In this document: positions 10,009 through 18,955 of the stretch, in pieces
Layout: the number at the start of each line of letters is the position of its first letter
Numbering within the stretch: the first letter of the stretch is position 1
NCBI GenBank assembly: GCA_039715015.1
Contig: JBDLIE010000009.1
Location: 1-64,000 of the forward strand
DNA length: 64,000 nucleotides
Direction of reading: 5' to 3'
DNA from: Thermodesulfobacteriota bacterium
GTDB lineage: Bacteria; Desulfobacterota; Desulfobulbia; Desulfobulbales; SURF-16
Notes under the pieces: generated by a model
Told to the model about the DNA's origin: nothing
Databases searched by the model: none
Seen by the model: only the letters and a program-made list of their open reading frames with translations
Position numbers and translations under genes: made by a program

Positions 10009-10767
10009 ATGGCAGAAGAAGAGAGCAAATGTCCAGAATGTGCCGCTGGCGCACCGGCGTGGATGTGTACCTTTGCAGATCTGATGTCGCTCTTGATGTG
10101 CTTTTTTGTTCTCCTGCTCTCCTTTGCCGTCATGGACCAGCAGAAGTACAAGATGGTGGCCGGGGCCATGAAGGATGCCTTTGGCGTTCAGCGGGAAAAA
10201 CCTGTTGAGGCCGAGCTGAAGGGCAACCAGATGATAGCCTCCAATTTTGAGACAGTTCCTTTACAGGTCCAGATGGAGATGGCCAAATACTTTGCCGAAG
10301 ATGTGGCGAGCGGCGATATTGAAACAGAGTTTGACCCCTATGGTCTTGTTGTGCGAATTAAGGGGAATGTGGCCTTTGATTCAGGAAGAGCCACGCTCCG
10401 TAAAGAATTTCTTCCACTGCTTGACAAGATTGGCCGGTTGGCCCAGCGGGCAGAACTGATGGTGGAGATCAGCGGTCATACCGATAATGTTCCTCTCCGC
10501 AAAGGCCAGACTGCTTTTACCTCAAATTGGAGCCTGTCCTCGGCCCGCGCCGTGGCATCAGTGGAGTATCTTATTGATAAGTTTCAATTGCCGCCATCAA
10601 GATTGGCTGCCATCGGCTATAGTTATGGTCAACCCCTTGACACCAACAGTACCCCGGAGGGCAGAGCGCGAAACAGGCGGGTGGAATTCAAAATAAAGCC
10701 AGGGGCTGCCCAGTTCGTGCTTGACGGCTTGGAGATCGAAAGAGGGCCCATTCACACGGGTCAATAA
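10009..10767 (+). CDS. motB: Flagellar stator B subunit (PomB-like)
   Basis: WMCTFADLMSLLMCFFVLLL TM with essential Asp; OmpA-like domain GHTD…NWSLSSARA…NRRVE. Confidence 0.93.
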   Translation: MAEEESKCPECAAGAPAWMCTFADLMSLLMCFFVLLLSFAVMDQQKYKMVAGAMKDAFGVQREKPVEAELKGNQMIASNFETVPLQVQMEMAKYFAEDVASGDIETEFDPYGLVVRIKGNVAFDSGRATLRKEFLPLLDKIGRLAQRAELMVEISGHTDNVPLRKGQTAFTSNWSLSSARAVASVEYLIDKFQLPPSRLAAIGYSYGQPLDTNSTPEGRARNRRVEFKIKPGAAQFVLDGLEIERGPIHTGQ

Positions 10768-10778
10768 GGAATAGAACC

Positions 10779-11378
10779 ATGGATGACGCAAAAGAAGATA
10801 GACGCAGTTCCGTGCGGGTTACCGGACGTAATCTTTTTGCCTACAAAGAGATATCCGAGCAGACGTATAGCGAATACGCCCAGGATTTTCAGGAAGGGAT
10901 CTCCCTCTACAGTCAGGAAAGCCTGGCTGATATGCAGATCTTTGTCGGTGCCCAGAGTGCCCTGGGCAGAATCCGTGATAAAGACGAGGACCTGGCCGAC
11001 TTTCTTCAGCATCTTGATATGAAGATGAATATCCTTCTCAAGAAGGTTGATGACGGCAAAACTCCCCTGGATGATTTAAAACTTCGCGATCTTAATTTGA
11101 GTGGCGCAGGTATCGCCTTTATTGCCCCTGAAGAGGTTGAGGTGGGAACGTGCCTGGAGTTTCGTGTTGTCTTGCTGCCCAATTATCTTTTCATCTATGC
11201 CATTGGCAGGGTTACCAAATGTGAGAAGGTGAAGGATGAGGGTGATCAGCTCTTTTACCGGATAGGTGCCGAATTTATTCTTATTATGGATGAGGATCGT
11301 GAGAAGCTCATCCAGCATAATTTCCGCCAGCAAAGTCTTGCCCTTCGCAACCGTCGCAAGCTCCAGGCCCGGGTCTAG
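10779..11378 (+). CDS. PilZ-domain c-di-GMP-binding protein
   Basis: RRSSVR (RxxxR) and NLSGAG ((D/N)xSxxG) motifs; directly after motB. Confidence 0.8.
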   Translation: MDDAKEDRRSSVRVTGRNLFAYKEISEQTYSEYAQDFQEGISLYSQESLADMQIFVGAQSALGRIRDKDEDLADFLQHLDMKMNILLKKVDDGKTPLDDLKLRDLNLSGAGIAFIAPEEVEVGTCLEFRVVLLPNYLFIYAIGRVTKCEKVKDEGDQLFYRIGAEFILIMDEDREKLIQHNFRQQSLALRNRRKLQARV

Positions 11379-11416
11379 TTTCCCTTGCAATAAGCGTTTT
11401 TTGAAGTATTGTTTTT

Positions 11417-11462
11417 AACGCATTCACGTGGACTCTCATGAGGACTCTGAGTGCGTTTTTTT
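11417..11462 (+). terminator. Probable terminator of motAB-pilZ
   Basis: AACGCATTCA…TGAGTGCGTT stem followed by T-tract. Confidence 0.55.
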
Positions 11463-11510
11463 ATGATATCTCAGGTCTTTTTTGATGATTTGGAGCACTA
11501 TTTTCTAGCT

Positions 11511-12347
11511 ATGCGAACAATTACCTTCCAAGAAATCAGTGAAGCGGTGCGAGGGTTGACCATGGATGCCGGAACCCAGCTGGAGCCGGATATCCTTGAA
11601 GCCCTGCTTGCTGCCCGTGACAGTGAAGAGTCCCCCCTTGCCAGGCATGTCCTGGAGCTTTTTATTACCAATGCCGATATTGCCAGCCGGGAAAAACTTC
11701 CAGTCTGCCAGGATACAGGGGTGGCCGTACTCTTTGTCGAGGTCGGCCAGGAACTGAGGGTGGAAGGGAGTCTTGAGGATGCCATCCAGGAAGGCGTGCA
11801 GCAGGGCTACGAGGATGGATATCTCCGCAAATCCGTCTGTGATCCAATTACCAGAGTTAACACCGGCACCAATACCCCGGCAGTTGTTCATTATGAAATT
11901 GTTCCAGGTGATCAACTGAAGATATCCATGTTACCCAAGGGGTGCGGCAGTGAAAACATGAGCGGCCTCACCATGCTGCCACCCTCTGCCGGGATTCAAG
12001 GTATGATTGATTTTGTGGTTGATCAGGCCGTTAAGGCAGGCCCAAATCCTTGTCCTCCCATCATTGTCGGGGTTGGCATGGGCGGTACCTTTGAAAAAGC
12101 GGCGTGCCTTGCCAAGAAAAGTTTGCTTCGACCCTTGGGAGAAAGCAGCCACCGCGATGACATTGCCGATTTAGAAAAGCAGATTCTTGCTGAAATAAAT
12201 AAAGGCGGCGTTGGGGTTCAGGGCTTGGGCGGCAACCATACAGCCCTAGCCGTTCATATTGACAGTTTTCCTTCCCATATTGCCAGTCTGCCGGTGGCGG
12301 TGAATATACAATGTCATGCCCATCGTCATAAAGAGATGGTTTTGTAA
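11511..12347 (+). CDS. Fe-S hydro-lyase, class I fumarate hydratase/tartrate dehydratase alpha subunit
   Basis: PVCQDTG, KGCGSEN, PNPCPP, NIQCHAHRH; start set at MRTI. Confidence 0.9.
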   Translation: MRTITFQEISEAVRGLTMDAGTQLEPDILEALLAARDSEESPLARHVLELFITNADIASREKLPVCQDTGVAVLFVEVGQELRVEGSLEDAIQEGVQQGYEDGYLRKSVCDPITRVNTGTNTPAVVHYEIVPGDQLKISMLPKGCGSENMSGLTMLPPSAGIQGMIDFVVDQAVKAGPNPCPPIIVGVGMGGTFEKAACLAKKSLLRPLGESSHRDDIADLEKQILAEINKGGVGVQGLGGNHTALAVHIDSFPSHIASLPVAVNIQCHAHRHKEMVL

Positions 12348-12395
12348 CCAGGATTTATGAATTCTCAATCCTTCATTCTGCCTACTTAAGAAAAA

Positions 12396-12977
12396 ATGTC
12401 CCTTTTACGATATCGTCCTGATTTTTTTGATAGCCTTCTAGATGTCACTTTACCCTTTGAAGATGAGGCTCTGGCTTCACTGCGGGCAGGTGATCTCATC
12501 AGCCTGACCGGTAGCCTTTATACGGGGAGGGATCAGACCCATCGCCGTTTTGAGGCGTTGCTTGACAAGGGAGAGGAACTTCCCATCGATCTTAACGGCC
12601 AGCTTCTCTATTATGTGGGGCCGAGCCCTGCCAAGAAAGGCCAGGTGATTGGAGCAGCCGGACCCACCACAAGCTACCGGATGGATAAGTATACCCCTCG
12701 CCTTCTCGAGCTTGGACTTTCCGGCACCATGGGAAAGGGGGCCCGTTCCCCCCAGGTGCGGGAAGCTATGGTCAAGTATGGAGCCATCTATCTCGCCACC
12801 TTTGGTGGTGCCGGGGCTCTCCTGTCAAAATCTATCAAGGAGGCGGAGGTTGTCGCATTTGAGGATGCGGGTCCAGAGGCACTTTTTCGATTCAGGGTAG
12901 AGCAGTTTCCTGCGGTGGTCATTAATGATAGTCAGGGGAATGATTTTTACGAAATGGTCCGCAAGGCAAAGAGTTAG
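12396..12977 (+). CDS. Fe-S hydro-lyase, fumarate hydratase beta subunit
   Basis: LRAGD…TGRDQTH, GPTTSYRM, MGKG, GGAGAL. Confidence 0.9.
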   Translation: MSLLRYRPDFFDSLLDVTLPFEDEALASLRAGDLISLTGSLYTGRDQTHRRFEALLDKGEELPIDLNGQLLYYVGPSPAKKGQVIGAAGPTTSYRMDKYTPRLLELGLSGTMGKGARSPQVREAMVKYGAIYLATFGGAGALLSKSIKEAEVVAFEDAGPEALFRFRVEQFPAVVINDSQGNDFYEMVRKAKS

Positions 12978-12999
12978 AAGCGCTCTTGCATACTAGCAC

Positions 13000-13042
13000 A
13001 AAAAAAATGGCTCGAAGGAATATCCTTCGAGCCATTTTTTTT
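13000..13042. terminator. Bidirectional terminator between convergent genes
   Basis: AAAAAAAATGGCTCGAAGGA-ata-TCCTTCGAGCCATTTTTTTT. Confidence 0.92.
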
Positions 13043-13062
13043 GTTTAGATTCAGGACAAATA

Positions 13063-14439
13063 TTAATTGCTGCGCATGGCCCCGAAGATGTGAGCACTTT
13101 TTAGGATCATCAACGCCTGCTTAAGCTGGTTATCCTTCTCTATAAGGTTCTTGATTTCATCATTATCCTGTTGGGTTTTGTCTTCCGTGGCGTCTTGTTT
13201 TTCATCCTTCTCCTTGCCCTTTTTATCCTTGCCGTCAGAATTTTCATTGTTGAAATGATGGCGGAGATCTTTTTCACGAATGAATTTCGGTTTCTCTTTG
13301 CCATTTTTGGCTTCCAGCTCCTCTTCAGTGAGGAAGGCGGTGGGGACAATGAGGTCAGGGGTAATACCCGTGGCCTGAATGGAACGGCCATTGGGGGTGT
13401 AGTAACGAGCAGTGGTCAACCTGAGCCCCGCGCCGTTTGACATGGGGTGGATGGTCTGGACAGAGCCCTTGCCAAAAGACTGGGCACCAAGAACCAGGGC
13501 ACGTTTATGATCCTGAAGGGCCCCGGCAACAATCTCTGAGGCGCTGGCACTTCCCTCATTTACAAGAATAACAATGGGGAAGGTATATTTGGTGCCGTTT
13601 TTGTGGGCTGAATAGCTCAGATTGTTTTCCTTGCGGCGTGCCTTGGTGTAGACGATAAGTCCCTCATCAAGGAAGATATCTGAGATGCGGACCGCTTGAT
13701 CAAGAAGACCGCCGGGGTTGTTACGCAGGTCGAGGACCAGTCCTTTCAGATCGCCATCCTTGGTAAGTTCGGCCATGGATTTTTTGAAGTCCTTGGTGGT
13801 GTTGGCCTGAAAGGAACGAATACGGGCATAGCCATATCCTGGCTCCAAAGTCTTATTTTTGACACTAATCAGGGGGATGTTGTCACGGGTTATGGTCACC
13901 TCTTTAAGCTCTGTCCAACCTTCGCGGTGGATGGAGATGGTGACCTCTGTCCCCTTGGGGCCGCGCAGCCGTTTGACAGCGTCCATCAAGGTCATATCCT
14001 TGGTGGACTCTCCTTCGATCTTTAAGATCTTGTCTCCGGCCTTAAGCCCCTCTTTAAAGGCAGGGGTGTCATCAATAGGGCTAACCACGGTGAGGATGGA
14101 ATCACGCATGGTGATTTCAATACCGATCCCTGAAAAACTCCCCTTTGTTTCAATCTGCAGATCCTTAAAATCATCGGGGTCCATATAGGAAGAATGGGGA
14201 TCCAGAGAATTCAGCATACCCTTGATCGCCCCTTCAAGAAGTTCTTTGGGCTCGACATCTTCAACGTAATTCTGCTGAATCATATGAAGAATAGCAGTGA
14301 AGGTCTCAAGGTTCTGGTAGGTGTCCTGAGTCTGGGCAATAACCCTGGAATCGCGGTCCCAGAAGGGGAGAGTTGCCACAGGCAGAAGAAGAATAACAAC
14401 AAAGAGAAGACGCTTGGAAATGGAATTGCCTAATTTCAT
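13063..14439 (-). CDS. ctpA: S41 carboxyl-terminal processing protease
   Basis: LDPHSSY, PDZ GIGIEI, LDLRNNPGG, SASASEIVAGALQD, GKGSVQ. Confidence 0.93.
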   Translation of the reverse strand: MKLGNSISKRLLFVVILLLPVATLPFWDRDSRVIAQTQDTYQNLETFTAILHMIQQNYVEDVEPKELLEGAIKGMLNSLDPHSSYMDPDDFKDLQIETKGSFSGIGIEITMRDSILTVVSPIDDTPAFKEGLKAGDKILKIEGESTKDMTLMDAVKRLRGPKGTEVTISIHREGWTELKEVTITRDNIPLISVKNKTLEPGYGYARIRSFQANTTKDFKKSMAELTKDGDLKGLVLDLRNNPGGLLDQAVRISDIFLDEGLIVYTKARRKENNLSYSAHKNGTKYTFPIVILVNEGSASASEIVAGALQDHKRALVLGAQSFGKGSVQTIHPMSNGAGLRLTTARYYTPNGRSIQATGITPDLIVPTAFLTEEELEAKNGKEKPKFIREKDLRHHFNNENSDGKDKKGKEKDEKQDATEDKTQQDNDEIKNLIEKDNQLKQALMILKSAHIFGAMRSN

Positions 14440-14622
14440 GAAAAACCTAACGGTGATTTTTGCAACTTGTCAGTTGATCGGCCTTTTTAATAGGCGCCAA
14501 AATAAGAAAGACATTTTTAAATAATAACATGGATGAAAGAGGACGACAAAAGGTAATTTGTTTCGTCTACAGGGAGTGGCTCTCTTTCGGCTTTGAAAAA
14601 CAATATCCCCATGTCTTGATAA

Positions 14623-15948
14623 TTAAGGCGTTTGCTGGAGACCGGAGGACAAGACAATATAATTGGGGTCGAGCCAGGAAAGGGGATCTTCCGGCTCTGT
14701 CTTTAAGCGGATCTCAAAATGGACAGGGTGCCGAAGTTGACCGACATGGCTTGAAGCCAAACCGATTTCATCCCCTTGACTGACACTATCACCCGGCTTG
14801 ACCAGAAAGGTGGCCAGGCCACTGGTCATGGTATAGTAGCCGTCGGTGTGACTAATGATGATCAGTTGGCCATAGCCTTTGACAAAGCCGGCGTGAACCA
14901 CCTTGCCTTTAAATGTGCTGCGAATAATTGCCCCGGGTTCGATATTGAAATCCACCCCATAAGACGGTTGAGCCTCACCGGCCAGGGAGGCGGCGTTATC
15001 ACCATATAGGGTAATCACCATCCCAACCACAGGCGGTGGCAACAGACCCTTTTGGCCGCCAAAACCTCGCATCCAGGCAGGTTTTCTTTTTTTGTGGGGT
15101 TCGAGGGGGAAGGTGGCGATCATCCACTCTTCCTTTTGCTTTCGAGCTACCTTTGCCTGTTTCTCAAGTTCCTCAAGTCCTGCAATAAGGGATTTTGCTG
15201 AAATCTCAAGTTCTTCGGAGGCCTGCTTGTAGAGATTTTTTTCAGCCTTAATGCGGGTGAGTACTTGTCGGCGCTCTAGCTTGGTTTCAGCCAAGAGGCG
15301 TTGTTGTTCCTTGGTCTGGCTCATGGCCGCTTTAAGATGTATTTGTTGGGCCTCGTGGGATTTTTTGGATTGCTCAAATTCGATGAGCTTGCCCCGAAAC
15401 TCTTTAATCAGAGCCTGGTCATGGCGCAGCATATGTCGATAATATTCGTGAAAATTAACGAGTTCAGGCAGGCTGGCAGATGAAAAGGTGATGTTGAGGA
15501 CACCTATCTCGCCCATGCGAAAATAGGCGCCCAGCCTTTTTTCAGTTTGCTGGGCCAGGGAGTCCTTCTCCTCTTTGGTTTGATCTAGAGCTTCCTGCAT
15601 TTCTTCTGTTTTTAGTTTTTCAACCTGCAGCTCATTGTAAAGGTTGACCAGCAGCGTGCTCTCTTTAATTATTTTGGCGTCTATGCCAGCAAGCTCGTTA
15701 AGGAGATCTTCTTCTTGTTGGCGGGTTTGCTCGAAATTCTCCTTTTGGGCCTCTAGTCCTTTCTGGATCCGATCCAGCATCTTTTTATGCTCGAAGAGAT
15801 CTTGTTCAGCGATCCGAACTGCCTCTTCCAGGCCCATGTCATCAGTATACTCATAAGCAATGGCGGCATGACCGGTAAGCGCGATGCTATGGAATAGAGT
15901 GAAGAAAGCGGCCACCCAAAGAGGCCTCTGAATAAAACCACGAGTCAT
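14623..15948 (-). CDS. envC: Murein hydrolase activator EnvC (coiled coil + degenerate M23)
   Basis: Signal peptide, long coiled coil, LytM-like C-terminus (GYGQLIIISH…HFEIR…DP); after ftsEX. Confidence 0.85.
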   Translation of the reverse strand: MTRGFIQRPLWVAAFFTLFHSIALTGHAAIAYEYTDDMGLEEAVRIAEQDLFEHKKMLDRIQKGLEAQKENFEQTRQQEEDLLNELAGIDAKIIKESTLLVNLYNELQVEKLKTEEMQEALDQTKEEKDSLAQQTEKRLGAYFRMGEIGVLNITFSSASLPELVNFHEYYRHMLRHDQALIKEFRGKLIEFEQSKKSHEAQQIHLKAAMSQTKEQQRLLAETKLERRQVLTRIKAEKNLYKQASEELEISAKSLIAGLEELEKQAKVARKQKEEWMIATFPLEPHKKRKPAWMRGFGGQKGLLPPPVVGMVITLYGDNAASLAGEAQPSYGVDFNIEPGAIIRSTFKGKVVHAGFVKGYGQLIIISHTDGYYTMTSGLATFLVKPGDSVSQGDEIGLASSHVGQLRHPVHFEIRLKTEPEDPLSWLDPNYIVLSSGLQQTP

Positions 15949-15954
15949 GAGCGC

Positions 15955-16842
15955 TTATACCTTGAGATATTTCCTGATAGAAATGAGGCTGCCGCTTGAG
16001 CAAAGAAGCAGGGAGATGAGCAGGATGGTTCCAATGTTAGCCCAGGGCAGAAAAGAAAGTTCAAAAAGATTCATGAAACCTGGGCCGGAAAAATGGTTCT
16101 TGATCCATTGAAAGAGGAAAAAGAGAGAGAGCATGCCGCTACCAGCGCCCAGCAGACCGAGCAGAAAACCTTCCACCATAACCGGACCACGGATATAGCG
16201 ATCCGTGGCACCAAGAAAGCGTAGAATCTCCAACTCCTCCTGTCGCGATTCCAGGGTCAGCCGAATGGTGTATGAGACCATGAAGACAGAGGTAAGAATG
16301 AGGAGCGCCCCGCTTAAGAGAACGATGATACGCAGCAGGCTGACAAAATAACCAAAACGTTCAATCCATTGCTGTCCATACTGAACTTTGAGAGCCCCTG
16401 GCAGTGTTTCGAGATAATTGCTGAACTCTTTAATTCGGGTCAGGCTCTTTAGGTCGCTGGAGGGGTAAATTTCCACCGAGTAGGGCAGGAAAGAAGGGTC
16501 AAGATCCTCAAGGACATCACTGTCACGGCCAAGCTGTTTGCTCAGGCGGGAAAAGGCCTCTTCCCTGGAGAGAAAAATGATTTTCTCCACCTTGTCAAAA
16601 TCGGTAATTTTCTTTTTGAACTCAGGACGGAAGCCGACCGGCACTTCATCCTCCAGGTAGACAACAAGACGCAATTCATTGCCCAGGCGGCTGCTTGCCT
16701 TTTGCATATTGATATAAATCAAAAAGAAAAAGGAGAAGATGAGCACGGACAGGGTGACCGTAAAAAGGGTCATGACCTGTGAGGTCCAGCCATGGAGGGA
16801 GTTGCGGCCCAGCTGGCCGAATATAAATGATATATAGCGCAT
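15955..16842 (-). CDS. ftsX: Cell division permease-like protein
   Basis: TM1-periplasmic loop-3TM layout, TIRLT…RQEELEILRFLGAT. Confidence 0.9.
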   Translation of the reverse strand: MRYISFIFGQLGRNSLHGWTSQVMTLFTVTLSVLIFSFFFLIYINMQKASSRLGNELRLVVYLEDEVPVGFRPEFKKKITDFDKVEKIIFLSREEAFSRLSKQLGRDSDVLEDLDPSFLPYSVEIYPSSDLKSLTRIKEFSNYLETLPGALKVQYGQQWIERFGYFVSLLRIIVLLSGALLILTSVFMVSYTIRLTLESRQEELEILRFLGATDRYIRGPVMVEGFLLGLLGAGSGMLSLFFLFQWIKNHFSGPGFMNLFELSFLPWANIGTILLISLLLCSSGSLISIRKYLKV

Positions 16843-16855
16843 GATGACTTATTGG

Positions 16856-17569
16856 TTAGAGGCCAAAATTAACCTTGATGATTTCCTGAAGCTTACCATT
16901 TTCCAGATTGAGCATGCGATGGTTAGACTTCTGGTAGATGGACTGGTCATGGGTGGCGATAATAATTGTCGCCCCCTCTTCGTTCAGACGGTTGAAGAGA
17001 CCCATGACAAGCTCTGTCGATGCCGGGTCGAGATTACCGGTGGGCTCATCAGCCAGAATCAAGGGAGGATTATTGGCACAGGCCCGGGCAATGGAAACCC
17101 TCTGTTGCTCTCCCCTTGAGAGTTTACCTGCCGGGGTGTGGATTTTGTCGGCCAGGCCAAGGTGAGCCAAGAGTTCCATGACTCTCTGCTTGATGACCTT
17201 GGGGTTTTCGTAGCGAACTTCCATGGCCAGGCCAATATTTTGATACACCGTCTGCTTGGCAAGGAGCTTGAAATCTTGATAAGCAACGCCAATATGTTGA
17301 CGCATTTTCTGGAGATCGTGCCCGGAGAGCTTACTGATATCCTTTTTGTCCATCTCGATAAGGCCCATGGTGGGATTTTCGAGAAAGCAGAGGAGCTTAA
17401 GAAGGGTGGTCTTGCCTGCACCGCTGACCCCCGTAAGGAAAACCATCTCGCCATGCCCCACCGAGAGTGAAACCTCGTCAAGGGCCATGATGTCGGGGGG
17501 GTAGGTTTTGGTGACTTTGACAATGTCAATTAATGCCGTATCAATGGGGGGGGCTATTTCAGATGTCAT
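16856..17569 (-). CDS. ftsE: Cell division ATP-binding protein
   Basis: [33 protein letters not shown]; precedes ftsX. Confidence 0.9.
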   Translation of the reverse strand: MTSEIAPPIDTALIDIVKVTKTYPPDIMALDEVSLSVGHGEMVFLTGVSGAGKTTLLKLLCFLENPTMGLIEMDKKDISKLSGHDLQKMRQHIGVAYQDFKLLAKQTVYQNIGLAMEVRYENPKVIKQRVMELLAHLGLADKIHTPAGKLSRGEQQRVSIARACANNPPLILADEPTGNLDPASTELVMGLFNRLNEEGATIIIATHDQSIYQKSNHRMLNLENGKLQEIIKVNFGL

Positions 17570-17657
17570 AAAGGGTGTTAGGTGAAAAAAAATAAGTATC
17601 GAAAGAAAGGGCTAATGCTTCTTTAACCGTTTGAGATAATGTAAAAAAACTTTAAGT

Positions 17658-17675
17658 GCGCCAGAATAATGACGC
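17658..17675. promoter_or_regulatory. Putative enhancer-binding-protein operator (GTCA-N6-TGGC type)
   Basis: GCGCCAGAATAATGACGC, near-palindromic; reverse complement matches 22658..22675 at 15/18. Confidence 0.5.
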
Positions 17676-17908
17676 TCAAAGTACCGCAAACACTGAGAAG
17701 GAGTGTTAAAAAAATTGACACCGCCTTTGCGCTTATTATATACCAGATTTTAGGAATAAAAGAAAATCATTGAGTTAGCTATCTTTTTTTCCGCAAATTG
17801 GCCGGAGATCCTACAGTCTTCTTGCTGTCGATGAGATGAACTTCTGTCCTTTAGGAAGAATGAACTCTCATCAGTGATTCTAATTTTTTACACTCCAAGT
17901 ACGCGACC

Positions 17909-18952
17909 ATGAGCAGCATGTCCACAGTTGAAGCAGCCCCTGCTAAAAAACCTCCCCGCAAATCAAGATCATCTTCTTTTTGCAGCAACATCATTGGCAA
18001 AAGTCCCTCCATTTGCAAAGTTTTCTCACTTATTGAAAAGGTTCAGGATACGGATTCCACTGTTTTGATCCAAGGAGAATCCGGCACGGGCAAGGAACTC
18101 ATCGCCCAAGCCCTGCATCACGGTGGTGACCGCCGGGATAAGCCTTTTGTGCCTGTGAATTGCGGTGCCATCCCTGCAGAACTTCTTGAGTCCGAGCTTT
18201 TTGGCCATGAAAAGGGGGCGTTTACCCATGCTATCCGGACCCGTATCGGTCGTTTTGAAATGGCGGATGGCGGCACGGTTTTTTTGGATGAGATCGCAGA
18301 GATGAGCCCGATTTTGCAGGTAAAATTGCTGCGGGTTTTACAGGAGAAAAAGTTCGAGCGGGTGGGAGGCACCAAAACCATCGCATCAGATTTTCGCGTC
18401 ATTGCCGCCACCAATCGTGATTTGGCTGAAGAGGTAAAAAAAGGAAATTTTCGTGAGGATCTTTACTACCGGCTGACGGTCATCCCCATTGAATCTCCTC
18501 CCCTTCGTGATCGTAAAAGTGATATTCCCCTGTTGGTGGAAAAGTTTCTTGTACGTTTTTGTGCTTCAAAAAACAGGGGGATTAGCGGAGTATCTGATGA
18601 GGCCATGGAGTGTATGAAGCGCTATCAGTGGCCAGGGAATGTCCGTGAACTTGAGAACATGGTGGAGCGTATGGTTATTTTGGCCCCCGACGAACTCATA
18701 ACTGTTGAGGATCTTCCTCCTCAGCTTCTTGATGCCCCTGTTCAAGCGGCCACTCCAGTTGTTTCTGAAATACCAGATACCGATTTTTGTCTCAGTGAGG
18801 TGGTTGCTGATTATGAGATGAAATTGATCATCCGGGCCTTGCAACAGACAGGCTGGGTGAAAAACAGGGCTGCCAAGCTGTTGAAGGTAAATCGCACCAC
18901 CCTGCTTGAAAAGATGAAGCGGCATGGTGTGGTCAAGCCGACGGAAAATTAG
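17909..18952 (+). CDS. Sigma54-dependent activator without N-terminal receiver (FlrA/FleQ-like)
   Basis: [39 protein letters not shown]-terminal Fis-type HTH; heads flagellar cluster. Confidence 0.88.
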   Translation: MSSMSTVEAAPAKKPPRKSRSSSFCSNIIGKSPSICKVFSLIEKVQDTDSTVLIQGESGTGKELIAQALHHGGDRRDKPFVPVNCGAIPAELLESELFGHEKGAFTHAIRTRIGRFEMADGGTVFLDEIAEMSPILQVKLLRVLQEKKFERVGGTKTIASDFRVIAATNRDLAEEVKKGNFREDLYYRLTVIPIESPPLRDRKSDIPLLVEKFLVRFCASKNRGISGVSDEAMECMKRYQWPGNVRELENMVERMVILAPDELITVEDLPPQLLDAPVQAATPVVSEIPDTDFCLSEVVADYEMKLIIRALQQTGWVKNRAAKLLKVNRTTLLEKMKRHGVVKPTEN

Positions 18953-18955
18953 GCC

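Noticed and set aside
14623..15060. Missing zinc ligands in the M23 domain as pseudogenisation
   Set aside because: A degenerate LytM domain is the normal state of EnvC.
17830..17873. GATGAGA…TCTCATC hairpin in the activator leader as riboswitch or ribozyme
   Set aside because: Lacks the conserved cores of families I can recognise; short stem only.
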